20,000 bases of DNA. It comes from Lama guanicoe (taxonomy: Eukaryota). Within the stretch, counting starts at the first letter, position 1. Each line of letters begins with the position of its first letter. The notes under the pieces were generated by a model. It had not been told where the DNA came from. It did no database searches and saw only the letters and a list, made by a program, of their open reading frames with translations. The DNA is taken from NCBI GenBank assembly GCA_013239625.1, contig MU056000.1, positions 8,469,585 through 8,489,584 on the forward strand. The letters are read 5' to 3'. Shown one piece after another: positions 10,810-20,000 of this stretch. Position numbers and translations under genes: made by a program.

Positions 10810-11427
10810 CTAAGAAACAAGCTTTGGGGTCAACACAACTCATGTTTTAAAATTTAAATATGTGAGCTCTCCATTTCGTATCACTTTCCTAAAGAGAGAT
10901 ACTTACAATTGCTATCATTATTATCAAGAAGGATAATTCACTAGCAACTATAAGAACTAGTTCTTGAATTAAGTAAGTGTGTGCTGCCAGCAAATGTGTT
11001 CCAAGGAACTCAAAGATGGATGAACCCAGAATGGTCTCCAGAAATGGTCTCCAGAGGAGAGATGGGTCTTGATTCAGAGCCTCCATTCATACAGTCAAGA
11101 AATATTTCCTGAACACTATATTCTACTTTTCCTTCAAGGTGCAAAACAGGTTGGGTACTAACTCTAATGGTACAGGTCCCCAGGAAAACATTACTGGATG
11201 AAAAAAGATTACACTTATTTCCAAATAAAACTCCTTAGTTTTCTTTGCGTAGATCACATATCCCACTGGGTTAAAGTTTCTACCACTTCCTTCATACCTT
11301 AGTCACTTAGGAATGAGTCGCCTTCCCTTCTTTTGTAGATCACAGCTCTTGTAATTTACCATGTGACTTTATAGTTAATTAAGGAGAAGAAGTTGGTTTG
11401 TTTTATGCCATCATCATAACCCTTTCA

Positions 11428-11785
11428 GTGACTTAGTCAGTTAAGGCTACTGCAACAAAACACCAAAGACCGAGTGACTTAAACAACAAACGTTTACTGG
11501 ATACAGTTCAGGAGGCTGGAAGTCTAAGATCAAGGTCCCAGGAGATCTGCTGCCTGGTAGGAGGGCACTTCCTGGGGTACAGATGGCGTCTTCTCAAACA
11601 AGGCAGAGAGCAAAAAGCCCCAGGTCTCCAGCCACTCTAGTCCTTGCAAGGGACCTATGACCTCATCTAGTTCTAATCACTGCCCAAAGGGATCACCTCC
11701 TAATACCATCACCTTAGTGGGGGTGGGGAGGTGGGGGGTGTTCAACATATGGATTTGGGGAGGACACATTCAGACCATAACTGTA
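11428..11785 (-). mobile_element. MLT1A-like (MaLR) solo LTR, antisense
   Basis: Contains ttagtcagttaaggctactgcaacaaaacacca, gacttaaacaacaaac, ggaggctggaagtctaagatcaagg, cacctcctaataccatcacctt and ttcaacatatggatttgggg...acattcagaccata. Confidence 0.9.
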
Positions 11786-12179
11786 ACATGTTGAATTTTC
11801 ACTTTTTTTTTAGTTATAGTGAGACTGACCTACTGTTGAGCATTAACATTTAAGATAACTGCTAAATTACATTTTCATCTTCTTTAACAGTATTTCATTT
11901 GTCCCCTCCAGTGCTTATGTAATAAACGGTATCTTTATAAAAGTTGTCCAGATCACGAATTGCCATAATTCATACGTTTCCACGACAAACCACAGCCTTC
12001 CGTTCGAAAATAAAAGTGACCCCAAATCCGTGGAGAAACATTTAGATGACTTTTTCATTTCTATACCATCGATTTATTTCAGTAAAATGAATTGGAAATA
12101 TATAAATGTGTATATGTGTATACCTGTAACTTATATATTCATGTATATATCACTTAGTGAAATACATACATATTTATAG

Positions 12180-12181
<2 letters not shown>

Positions 12182-12214
<33 letters not shown>
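12182..12214. repeat. (TA)n microsatellite
   Basis: About 16 perfect TA/AT units, with degenerate TA-rich sequence upstream from about 12100. Confidence 0.95.
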
Positions 12215-12216
<2 letters not shown>

Positions 12217-12289
12217 GACCTCCAGTTAATAGGGAAAACATCCAAATAAGAGCTGATGTATGCACAATGCACATTTTTCAATTTACATC

Positions 12290-12900
12290 ATATACTAATG
12301 TTCCTCTAAAGTTCATAAACTTCATAAAGAATTCTCTTTGTATTAGTTTGCGTTTCTTACCCTTCGCTTGGGAGTCTAACATGGCTCTCAAGTTGAAATC
12401 TCAATTCTTCTTTCCACTTGGGAATATTCAGCTTTTAGTATGTGATATGTGTTCTGTCACTCTGGAAACCAGTACACCCAGTTTGGGCTTCTGTACTTTT
12501 TCCTTTGGATCCTGCATTATCTGTCACATACAACTTCATCTTTTTAACAAGTGTCCCCACATTCTCCAGTTGTGTCATGACTTTGTTTTCTGCTTCACTG
12601 ATACACCTTCTCATTCTGTCACTTTAATGTTCAGTGTAGTTTTATTTCACTGGTGATGTTGTTTTAATCCTGTATCATTCTTCTTTACTATATGCTTTGT
12701 TCTTTTTACCTCTTGGAGTGAAGATCTGGCTTCTTTGCCGGTTTCAATGTCTTTGCTTTGAGGCAGAATTTCATGGCTTAATTTCTTCACATTTACTACT
12801 CCGCCCTCTTTTGAGATGTCCGTCTGTTTTCAAAACATTGGATCATCCAACATTGCTTTGTATGAACTTCTACCTCTCCTTTTAATTTACTTTATTTTCA
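12290..12900 (-). mobile_element. HAL1 or ancient L1 ORF1 fossil
   Basis: The minus strand is A-rich. Broken translations NIPKWKEELRFQLESHVRLPS and KKRKLIQREFFMKFMNFRG match the L1 ORF1p pattern NFPxLxKDLxLQIERAHRxP...KRxTPRHIxVKFxNF. Coiled-coil-like sequence lies upstream. Confidence 0.65.
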
Positions 12901-13059
12901 ATGCACTTATTTTCTTTCAGGCAATTTACAGACATTTACGTAGAATTTAACGGAAGAAGGCATGAGATGTTACTGTACTACTACTTGAAAAACCTTCCCT
13001 TTCTCTGCCCAAATCTCTATTTGGATAAAGAAGAAGGGGCTGTTTGATGATGTATATGC

Positions 13060-13158
13060 GTTAGCAATACTTCATAAAGAAACAGTGTTCCAACAGGACA
13101 GTTGGTACTGGATGCAAGGTTTGCAGATGAAGAAAATGAGGCGGAAAAGTTTATGTAA
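13060..13158 (-). mobile_element. MIR fragment (left half, interrupted by L1)
   Basis: ttgcagatgaagaaaatgaggcggaaaagtttatgtaac is the antisense MIR core. It continues after 14320 (ttactcaatgtcagag...agcagggattcagattc). Confidence 0.65.
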
Positions 13159-13162
13159 CGTA

Positions 13163-13993
13163 CTGCAAATCAAAACCACAATGAAGTATCACCTCAACCA
13201 GTCAGAATGGCTATCATTAAAAACTCCACAAACGATTTACTGCTAAGGTGTAGAGAAAAGGGAACCCTCCTACACCGTTGGTGGGAATGTAGTTTGGTGA
13301 CGTCATTATGGAAAACAGAATTGAGATTCCTTAAAAAACTAAAACTAGACTTACCCTATGATCCAGCAATCCCACGCCTGGGCATATATCCAGAGGGAGC
13401 ACTAACTTGAAAAGATACATGCACCCTAGTGTTCATAGCAGCAATATGTACAATAGCCAAGACTTGGAAACGACCTAAATGTCCATCAACAGGTGACTGG
13501 ATAAAGAAGATGTGGTATATTTATACAATGGAATACTACTCAGCCATAAAAACCGACAACATAATGCCATTTGCAGCAACATGGATGATCCTAGAGAATG
13601 TCATTCTAAGTGAAGTAAGCCAGAAAGAGAAAGAAAAATACCATATGAGATCGCTCATATGTGGAATCTAAAAAACAAAAACAAACAAAAACAAAGCATA
13701 AATACAGGACAGAAAGAGACTCATGGACAGAGAATACAGACTTGTGGTTACCGGGGCGGGGGGGGTAGAGGGTGGGAAGGGATAGACTGGGATTTCAAAA
13801 TTGTAGAATAGATAAACAAGATTACACTGTATAGCACAGGGAAATATACACAAAATGTTATGATAAATCACAGAGAAAAAAATGTGACAATGAGTGTGTA
13901 TATGTCCATGAATGACTGAAAAATTGAGCTGAACACTGGAATTTGACACAACACTGTAAAATGATTATGAATCAATAAAAAATGTAAAAAAAA
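13163..13993 (+). mobile_element. Young 5'-truncated LINE-1: ORF2 C-terminus, 3'UTR and poly(A)
   Basis: ORF-track peptides [15 protein letters not shown]...[14 protein letters not shown] and MFIAAICTIAKTWKRPKCPS...WIKKMWYIYTMEYYSAIK...ICGI* are L1 ORF2p. G-rich 3'UTR tract at 13753-13780. AATAAA and an A-tail at about 13974-13993. Confidence 0.97.
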
Positions 13994-14309
13994 AGAGACA
14001 TTAATGAACTTATCTACAAAACAGAAACAGACTCACAGACATAATAAACTTATGGTTATGGGGGGATGGGGGTGAGAAGGGATAAATTGGGCATTTGAAA
14101 TTTGCAAATGCTAACTACTATGTATAAACTAGATAAACAACAATGTTTTTCTGTATAGCACAGGGAACTATATTCAGTATCTTGTAGTAGTCTATAATGA
14201 AAAAGAATATGAAAAGGAATATATCTAGGTATATGTATGACTGAAACGTTATGCTGTGCACCAGAAATTGACACATTGTAACTAATTATACTTCAATCAA
14301 AAATAAAAA
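13994..14309 (+). mobile_element. Second L1 3'UTR (different subfamily) with A-rich tail
   Basis: aatgaacttatctacaaaacagaaacagactcacagac...ctgtatagcacagggaactatattca...gacacattgtaactaattatacttcaat. Homologous to 19593-19963. Confidence 0.9.
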
Positions 14310-14432
14310 GTTAATGTAATTTACTCAATGTCAGAGAATGAACAAACAGCAAAGCAGGGATTCAGATTCCTGTCACAACACTGCACAGATTTTTTTTATT
14401 ACACCAAACTCCCTCTAAAATTATCTCAGGGA

Positions 14433-14652
14433 AGAACAGCCTAGGGTGGCAGAGGTGGATGGTGCAGGATCTCGAACTGGCTGCCCACTCAGCTCCTTAC
14501 TATGTGAACTGAATTATTGCTGTTAACCTCAGTGATACTTTCCCCAACATCTGAGTGATAATATCAACTTCAGGGGGCACTGAAGCAGCTAAATGAAATC
14601 AAATATGTGAAAAGGCCTGATACATTATAGAAGTTGAGTAAATGTTGCTGAC
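14433..14652 (+). mobile_element. MIR SINE
   Basis: cagctccttactatgtgaact...ttaacctcagtg...ttccccaacatctg...taaatgaaatcaaatatgtgaaaaggcctga...agtaaatgttg. Confidence 0.65.
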
Positions 14653-14696
14653 TGGAATTTAATTCAAATAATTAGGCACAACACTCCCTATGTAAC

Positions 14697-14828
14697 CATC
14701 TATCAGCAGATATAAAGAACACTTGGAAAGAGCTGAAGACAAGGATACTCAGCATGGTACGGCATAAAGATATCTGGGCCCTCAACACTGAATACTGTCC
14801 GTGTGATTGAAAATGCTTAATGAAACAC
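14697..14828 (-). pseudogene. Candidate exon (CFIKHFQSHGQYSVLRAQISLCRTMLSILVFSSFQVFFISADR)
   Basis: Acceptor gtatgtctccag|. Phase-2 join from 15402-15503. Open for 132 nt. Weak donor |gttaca. Confidence 0.55.
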
Positions 14829-14979
14829 CTGGAGACATACACTTCAAATTTCAATACAGATATACTATAAACTCAGTACTGTAGTCAAGAAATCCCATGA
14901 CACATATTAAGAATGATACTGATCCTCATGATCTAATAAGCAGAGCTTATTAACAGGAGAAGTGACCAGCAAACATTCC

Positions 14980-15080
14980 TTAATTTATTTATCCATGCGT
15001 CAGACACTGGTGGTCCTACTGTGTGCCAGACATTCTGCTGGGTACCTGCGTTACAGTGGAAAAATGGCCAATCCTTCAGT
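14980..15080 (-). mobile_element. L2 3' fragment
   Basis: tttatttatccat...cctactgtgtgccagacattctgctgggtacctgcgttacagtgga. Confidence 0.6.
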
Positions 15081-15401
15081 CCGCTAAAAAAGCTTTTATA
15101 ACAATATTCCCATTTGACTCTTCAATATGTGAAACAGTGATTGATAAAAATGGACTCAATTGAGATAATCAGGCAGCAACAGTATCATTTAGCATAATAA
15201 CAGCATTTTGACAGAATAGCTCCGGCCAAGGGAAAGCCTGGTCATTCTCATTTAAAACTGGATATAACATTTACAGCTTGAAAATCGAGCAGTAGACACT
15301 TTACAATATTTATAACTCATAACATACATTTTGTCATTCTCTTCTCATACTTTCACAGCTTCCAGAAAAGACTGCTGTTGGCTCACAGTAACACTAATTA
15401 C

Positions 15402-15503
15402 CTAACGGGGAGGTGCAGACCGTGTTTCCTGGCTGTTCCTCCTGAGGGTGTCCTCCGCAACTGCCAGTCCTCAAAGAAAGAAGGTATTTGAGAAGCTAAT
15501 TTC
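15402..15503 (-). pseudogene. Candidate exon (KLASQIPSFFEDWQLRRTPSGGTARKHGLHLPV)
   Basis: Acceptor tattattcctgtag| and donor tag|gtaatt. 102 nt, open, phase 2-2. Confidence 0.6.
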
Positions 15504-15751
15504 CTACAGGAATAATATATGGTTTGGACACTTTCGGGGGTGTTCTTCCATAATTGCCTTTTACAATGTTATCTTCCAAAATGAACACGTTCTTTTGTTG
15601 ACGTTGCTCCCTGAGTTAAACAGCACACTGGCAAAATGTCTTGCTGGCTGGTAGGTACCAGAAAGCATGGCGCTTTTGTGTTAGTTTATGCAGTGGTTTC
15701 GTTTCTGAGCCAACACTGAACAAACGTGATAATGAGCAAAATCTTACTCAC

Positions 15752-15901
15752 GTAGGGTGAGTAACAGTGATAGCTGCATGTACTAAGTACAAAGCATCCA
15801 GCTGATGATACAGTTGCTTTTGGTTCTCTTTCAACTCTCACATCTGCTTTTGGCCTCGTGTTTAATAACAAAATCTACGATTTCGCTCAGTTGTGAATGA
15901 C
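15752..15901 (-). pseudogene. Candidate pseudo-exon (...ELKENQKQLYHQLDALYLVHAAITVTHP)
   Basis: Consensus donor |gtgagt, in phase with 15402-15503. The 5' half has two stops or a frameshift. Confidence 0.55.
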
Positions 15902-15953
15902 CTAATTTGAGTAGGCACAGAGATGTGTGAAGTCAGCACTGGCTTTCTCTTAC

Positions 15954-16014
15954 CTATGATAATTCAGCAATTATCGTTTCCATTTTTTGCAATGCTGCTG
16001 GGGGAACACTGTAT
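15954..16014 (-). pseudogene. Candidate 61-nt pseudo-exon
   Basis: Acceptor aatgctgttag| and donor tag|gtaaga. There is a stop in every frame. Confidence 0.4.
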
Positions 16015-16145
16015 CTAACAGCATTTAAAATGAGAACAGCTAGAACATTCCAGGTATATAATTGGGAAATCTCCATAGGCAGCAATTGTTTTTTTGTGTG
16101 TGTGGCTTTTTTTCACTTTTTTGGGTTTTGTATCTGCTTATATAC

Positions 16146-16228
16146 CCTTGGCAATATTGTGTTATTTAAAATTGGAACTTTTATTTGAAGTGCCTAAGCA
16201 TAAAGCTAGCACTTTTCATTTGTCAAAG
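16146..16228 (-). pseudogene. Candidate pseudo-exon (...ALQIKVPILNNTILPR)
   Basis: Acceptor ttacttttag| and donor agg|gtatat. Two TAG stops in the 5' half. Confidence 0.3.
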
Positions 16229-16369
16229 CTAAAAGTAATCCGATGATATCAAATCACTAAACTATCAGTTGAGCATAGTGATCAAAATAACAAAATACAT
16301 TTTATAGTCAATTTTGAAAAACTAAACAATTCCATGATTAATCACAGAATATTTGGAAAACATAAGAAT

Positions 16370-16672
16370 GGTACAAAAAAGAAAATAATCTTGACACTGA
16401 AGAGATGTTAATGTGATAATGTTTTCATATGCTTTTTCCAGACTCATCTCTAAGCCCACATGTGTCTGATATTGGAATCATACTATATAAAGAGCTTTAT
16501 TTGTTTGCTGAACTGCATGTACTTTACAAGGTTGGATACAGGCCAAATACAATTTTAATAGTACATAGTAGTCCACTATATGGCTCTACCTAATTTATTT
16601 AATAATTTCCTACATTAGCTATTTGAGAAGTTTTACTTTTTATTATTAATTGCATTATAATGAACATTATTT
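16370..16672 (-). mobile_element. Ancient L1 (L1ME-like) fragment
   Basis: attggaatcatactatat...ttttaatagtacatagtagtccactatatgg...taatttatttaa...ataatgaacatt. Confidence 0.55.
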
Positions 16673-16681
16673 TATCAAATA

Positions 16682-17050
16682 TGTATTCATTCAACTAACA
16701 CTCTTTAAGCCCTTTGTATAAACAGTTACATAATAAAATCAGTCTTTGCTCTCAAAAACTTGTAGTCTAGTGATCTAGATTTTTCCTGAAACACCAAATA
16801 ACAGGGACCCTGACCTTAAAAAAAAGAAGAGAGTATCTAGATGTATAAAAGGTTTATTAAGAAAGAATGAGTTCACGTAAGGCTTTTAACCAAATTAAGA
16901 AGTTTCAACATTCACAGGAAGAGGAACCATGGAGACATTAACTTTGTGTTTTGAAAGACTATTTTGGTTCCAATGGGGAAAATGGGACTAAAGTGGACAA
17001 AACTGAGGAGAATGGGCTGCCGCCATCATCCAGTTATGACTGGATGATAT
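16682..17050 (-). mobile_element. Degraded L2 fragments
   Basis: tattcattcaactaacact, cagtctttgctctcaaaaacttgtagtctagtg and tttgtgttttgaaagactattttgg. Confidence 0.5.
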
Positions 17051-17202
17051 AAATTAGGAGGACATCCCAGGACTCACAAAATTTTATATCATTCCTCCTA
17101 GAACTCAGTGCTTTATTGCCAGCGTCCACACGTCCCTATATCTGGTCCTGCTGTACTGATATGATTTTTACTTTTTTCACTCATTTTTTTTTCTGCTCTA
17201 AC

Positions 17203-17358
17203 TGAAAGAAAGAAAGGAAGGAACGAAGGAAGAAAGGAAGGAAGAAAGGAAGGAAGGAAAGAAAAGAAAAAGAAAAGAAAGAAAAGGAAAAGAAAAGATG
17301 AAAGGAAGGAAGGAAGGAAGGAAGGAAGGAAGGAAGAAAGAAAGAAAGAAAGAGAGAG

Positions 17359-17405
<47 letters not shown>

Positions 17406-17469
17406 GAAAGAAAGAGAGAAAGAGAGAAAGAAAGAAAGAAAGAAAAAGAAAAGAGAAAAGAAAAAGAGA
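17203..17469 (+). repeat. Compound polypurine microsatellite (GGAA)n/(GAAA)n/(GA)n
   Basis: About 265 bp of almost pure A/G, directly visible. Confidence 0.97.
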
Positions 17470-17619
17470 TCTCACTGTTTTAACTGCTGGCCTTTATTCT
17501 GAGGATCACATGAGTTCTCCAGTGTCGAGAAAGATTTGCAAAGACTCTAATTCAGGGATTTCCAGGGACTTCTTGATGCAATTTTACGCAGAAGCCATGG
17601 TTTCTTTTAGAAAATACAT

Positions 17620-19565
17620 TATGCATTAAAACAATAAGGTGCCACTATACATACATTAGAATGGCTAAAAAGAACTATAATAAACCCGACTACTAATTAC
17701 TGCAAAGGATTCAGAACAACTCAACTCTCATTCATTGCTGACGGGAACGTACCACAGGACAGGCACCTGGGAAGACAATCTGGCAGCTAAATACAGTCTT
17801 CCTATACTATCGAGCAATTAACACTCCCCAGTATTTACCCAGCTTTCACCACTTTATATACATTAGATATATACATAAATAGATATGCGTATCACAGTAT
17901 TATATATCGATTAAATCTCAATAAATCTGGAGGGAATGTGAATGTTTGCAGTAGCTTTATTCATTATCAAAACTGGAAGCAACCAAGATTTCCTTCAGCA
18001 GGTGAATGGAAAAGCTGCAGTAAACCCACAGAATAAAATATTATTCAGCAATGAAAAGAAATGAGCTATCATGCCATGAAAAGACTTGGGTGAATCTTCA
18101 ATGCCAACTGTTAAGTGAAAGAAGGGAGTCTGAAAAGGCTACACACTGTATGATTCTAAATATAGGATATTCAGGAAAAGCAAAACTACAGGGGTGGTAA
18201 AAAGACCAGTGGTTGCCAGGGACTCAGAGGGAGGGAAGAAAGGGCTGAAGAGTGAGGCACAGGGGATATTTTAGGGCAGTGAAACTATTCTGTACGAAAC
18301 TATAATGGTGGATACACAACACTATGCATTTTCCAAAATCCACTGAACTTTACAGGACAAGTGTGAAGCTTATTAATGTATGTAAATCTTAAAAATCACG
18401 TAGGAGATCAGGGAATCTGAGGGTGGGAATGCAGAATGTGACAGAACAATCTAATTGCATTACCAGCACATGAAATGACCTCACTGAGCGGGGCGGGTAA
18501 AGAGATGTGACCTCAGGAACTTCAGAAAGGAGGAGTCTGCAGGACTGAAGGGGAAGCAAACTGTTCTTAACCTTAAGCACTGTCCTCTAGTCGGTGCTGT
18601 TTCCCATGAGGGTACCGGTTAGCAATTCTGCTGCTATATGTGTAAACTGTATGGCAGAAGGTTTGAACCAGGTTCCTCATATTTAGAGTGGGAAGTTCCA
18701 TATAAGCAAGCAGAGAAGGTTAGAATGATTCTCGTGGTAAGGGAACAGAGTCGGAGACATCAAGTGAACTCAGGGATAGCTTCCTACAGATACAGATTGT
18801 TTCGCACAGGGACACTGATATGTGACTACACTCAGTACATATTTCATTGGTGTGTCAGCTGACAGGGTCCAAAAACAAGGACCCACCCCTCCAGGAACAA
18901 TAAGCCCACCAACTGCTCCTGGTTTCTAACACAACTCTCCAATAAAAGGAACCAGGGATCCTTGGAGACACAGCTCATTCTAGAATTACAACAGGGAAAA
19001 TGCAAGATGAGCTTGGAGCATCCTGTAATGCCAGAAAGTAAGGAATTGCTTAAAAAAAAAAAAAAGGAGTATGTCAAAGGGATGCAGGAACACCTTTGAT
19101 CAAAGCTGGAACAACCTGAGCAACAAAATAAAGCAATATGAGACTATAACCCAAAGTATAAAATAAACATCCACGTGTCCATACTAATATAAATAAGGAT
19201 TGAATGAATAAATAAGTAAACGAGGGATAAAAGGGAAATCTCCCATTCAAAAGAATTCCAAATAATTCACAGACACACCAGCTTCAAAAAAGGTTGAGCA
19301 TAACTCCCCCTTCCTTGAGTGTGGGCTGCCCAGTGACTGGCAGGGGACAGACAGGGGAAAAGGGTTACTTTACACTGAAGATCTGACAGACGCTACCTCA
19401 GCCAGGCTATCAGGTCAACATCACCAATGGGAAACCGCATTAACATGTACACTAAGGCTAGTCTACGGACGAGATAAATATCAGACAATTTCAGTAGGGG
19501 TCACCCTATGGTACACCTGACCAGCACTCTTCAAAACTGTCAACATCGACAAAAACAAGACAAGT
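17620..19565 (+). mobile_element. L1MC-family (L1MC3-like) 3' end with long 3'UTR
   Basis: ORF2-end motifs cattagaatggctaaaa, aaactggaagcaaccaaga and ttaagtgaaagaagg. L1MC 3'UTR motifs ggaatgcagaatgtgaca, aagcactgtcctctagt, aataaaaggaaccaggg and cctgaccagcactcttcaaaactgtcaa. Confidence 0.85.
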
Positions 19566-19592
19566 CTTTAAGTCACTTAGAGTTTATTTTTG

Positions 19593-19963
19593 TGATACCA
19601 TTCATATGTGGAATCTAAAAGAAAGAAAACAAAAAAGGACACTATGAATTTATTGACAAAACAGAAACAGATTTGCAGACATAGTAAACAATCTTATGGT
19701 TACCAGGGAAAGGAGGTGGGAAGGGAGAAATTTGGGAGTTTGAGATTTGCAAATGTTAGCCACTATATAGATAAATAGATTTAAAAAAAAACCCAAGTTT
19801 CTTCTGTATAACACAGGGAACTATATTCAATATCTTATAATAACCTTTAATGAAAAAGAATATGAAAACAAATACATGTATGTATATGCATGACTGGGAC
19901 AATGTGCTGTACACCAGAAACTGATACATTGTAACTGACTATACTTCAATTAAAAAAAAAAAA
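19593..19963 (+). mobile_element. Young, heavily 5'-truncated L1 (ORF2 stop, 3'UTR and poly(A))
   Basis: Starts catatgtggaatctaaaa, is homologous to 13994-14309, and has an A-tail at 19952-19963. Possible TSD agtttat at 19581-19587 and 19963-19969. Confidence 0.9.
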
Positions 19964-20000
19964 GTTTATAGGAGGAAACCAAAAAAAAAAAAAAAAAAAA

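Larger units (their letters stand above)
3254..16228 (-). pseudogene. Decayed multi-exon (unprocessed) pseudogene, putative RGSL1/RGS22-like multi-RGS-domain protein
   Basis: A chain of minus-strand AG...GT bounded segments, many in compatible phase, with internal stops and frameshifts. Translations show motif-level similarity in the same order as the recalled human RGSL1 sequence. See the individual exon entries. Confidence 0.6.

Noticed and set aside
10965..11120. RPFLETILGSSIFEFL as another RGS-like exon
   Set aside because: The region looks L2-derived and contains a short tandem duplication (aatggtctccaga twice) that creates part of the match.
12267..12885. 129-aa plus-strand ORF and a strong minus-strand donor at 12360
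   Set aside because: Better explained as the antisense of a HAL1/L1 ORF1 fossil.
13207..13671. L1 ORF2 peptides as a functional CDS
   Set aside because: 5'-truncated and interrupted by a stop; non-autonomous.
3254..16228. Naming the locus RGSL1 or RGS22, or calling it an intact gene
   Set aside because: The similarity is motif-level and from memory only. Multiple stops and frameshifts exclude an intact CDS in this sequence.
17113..17483. ORFs of 120 aa (minus) and 61 aa (plus)
   Set aside because: They are translations of the GAAA/GGAA microsatellite.
1..20000. Prokaryotic systems (CRISPR, operons), tRNA/rRNA genes, CpG-island promoter
   Set aside because: The sequence is repeat-rich mammalian DNA. 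No repeat-spacer arrays, structured RNA genes or CpG island are visible.
19981..20000. Terminal poly(A) run
   Set aside because: It is truncated by the window edge, so its origin cannot be determined.

Overview
This is AT-rich, CpG-poor mammalian genomic DNA. It is probably camelid: the young L1 3' ends resemble those I recall from alpaca/camel, and there are no Alu, Bov-tA or PRE SINEs (inference). Much of the window is interspersed repeat: old L1MC/L1ME pieces, L2, MIR, four MLT1 solo LTRs, a HAL1/L1-ORF1-like fossil, young 5'-truncated L1 3' ends and microsatellites. No intact protein-coding gene is evident. The main non-repeat signal is a chain of about 15-20 exon-like segments on the minus strand between about 16230 and 3250. 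They are bounded by AG/GT splice signals, many join in compatible phase, and they carry scattered stops and frameshifts. Their translations resemble human RGSL1, a multi-RGS-domain protein, in the same order and at low identity; this comparison is from memory, not from a search. The best reading is a decayed, unprocessed pseudogene of an RGSL1/RGS22-like paralog. The ORF track misses it almost entirely.
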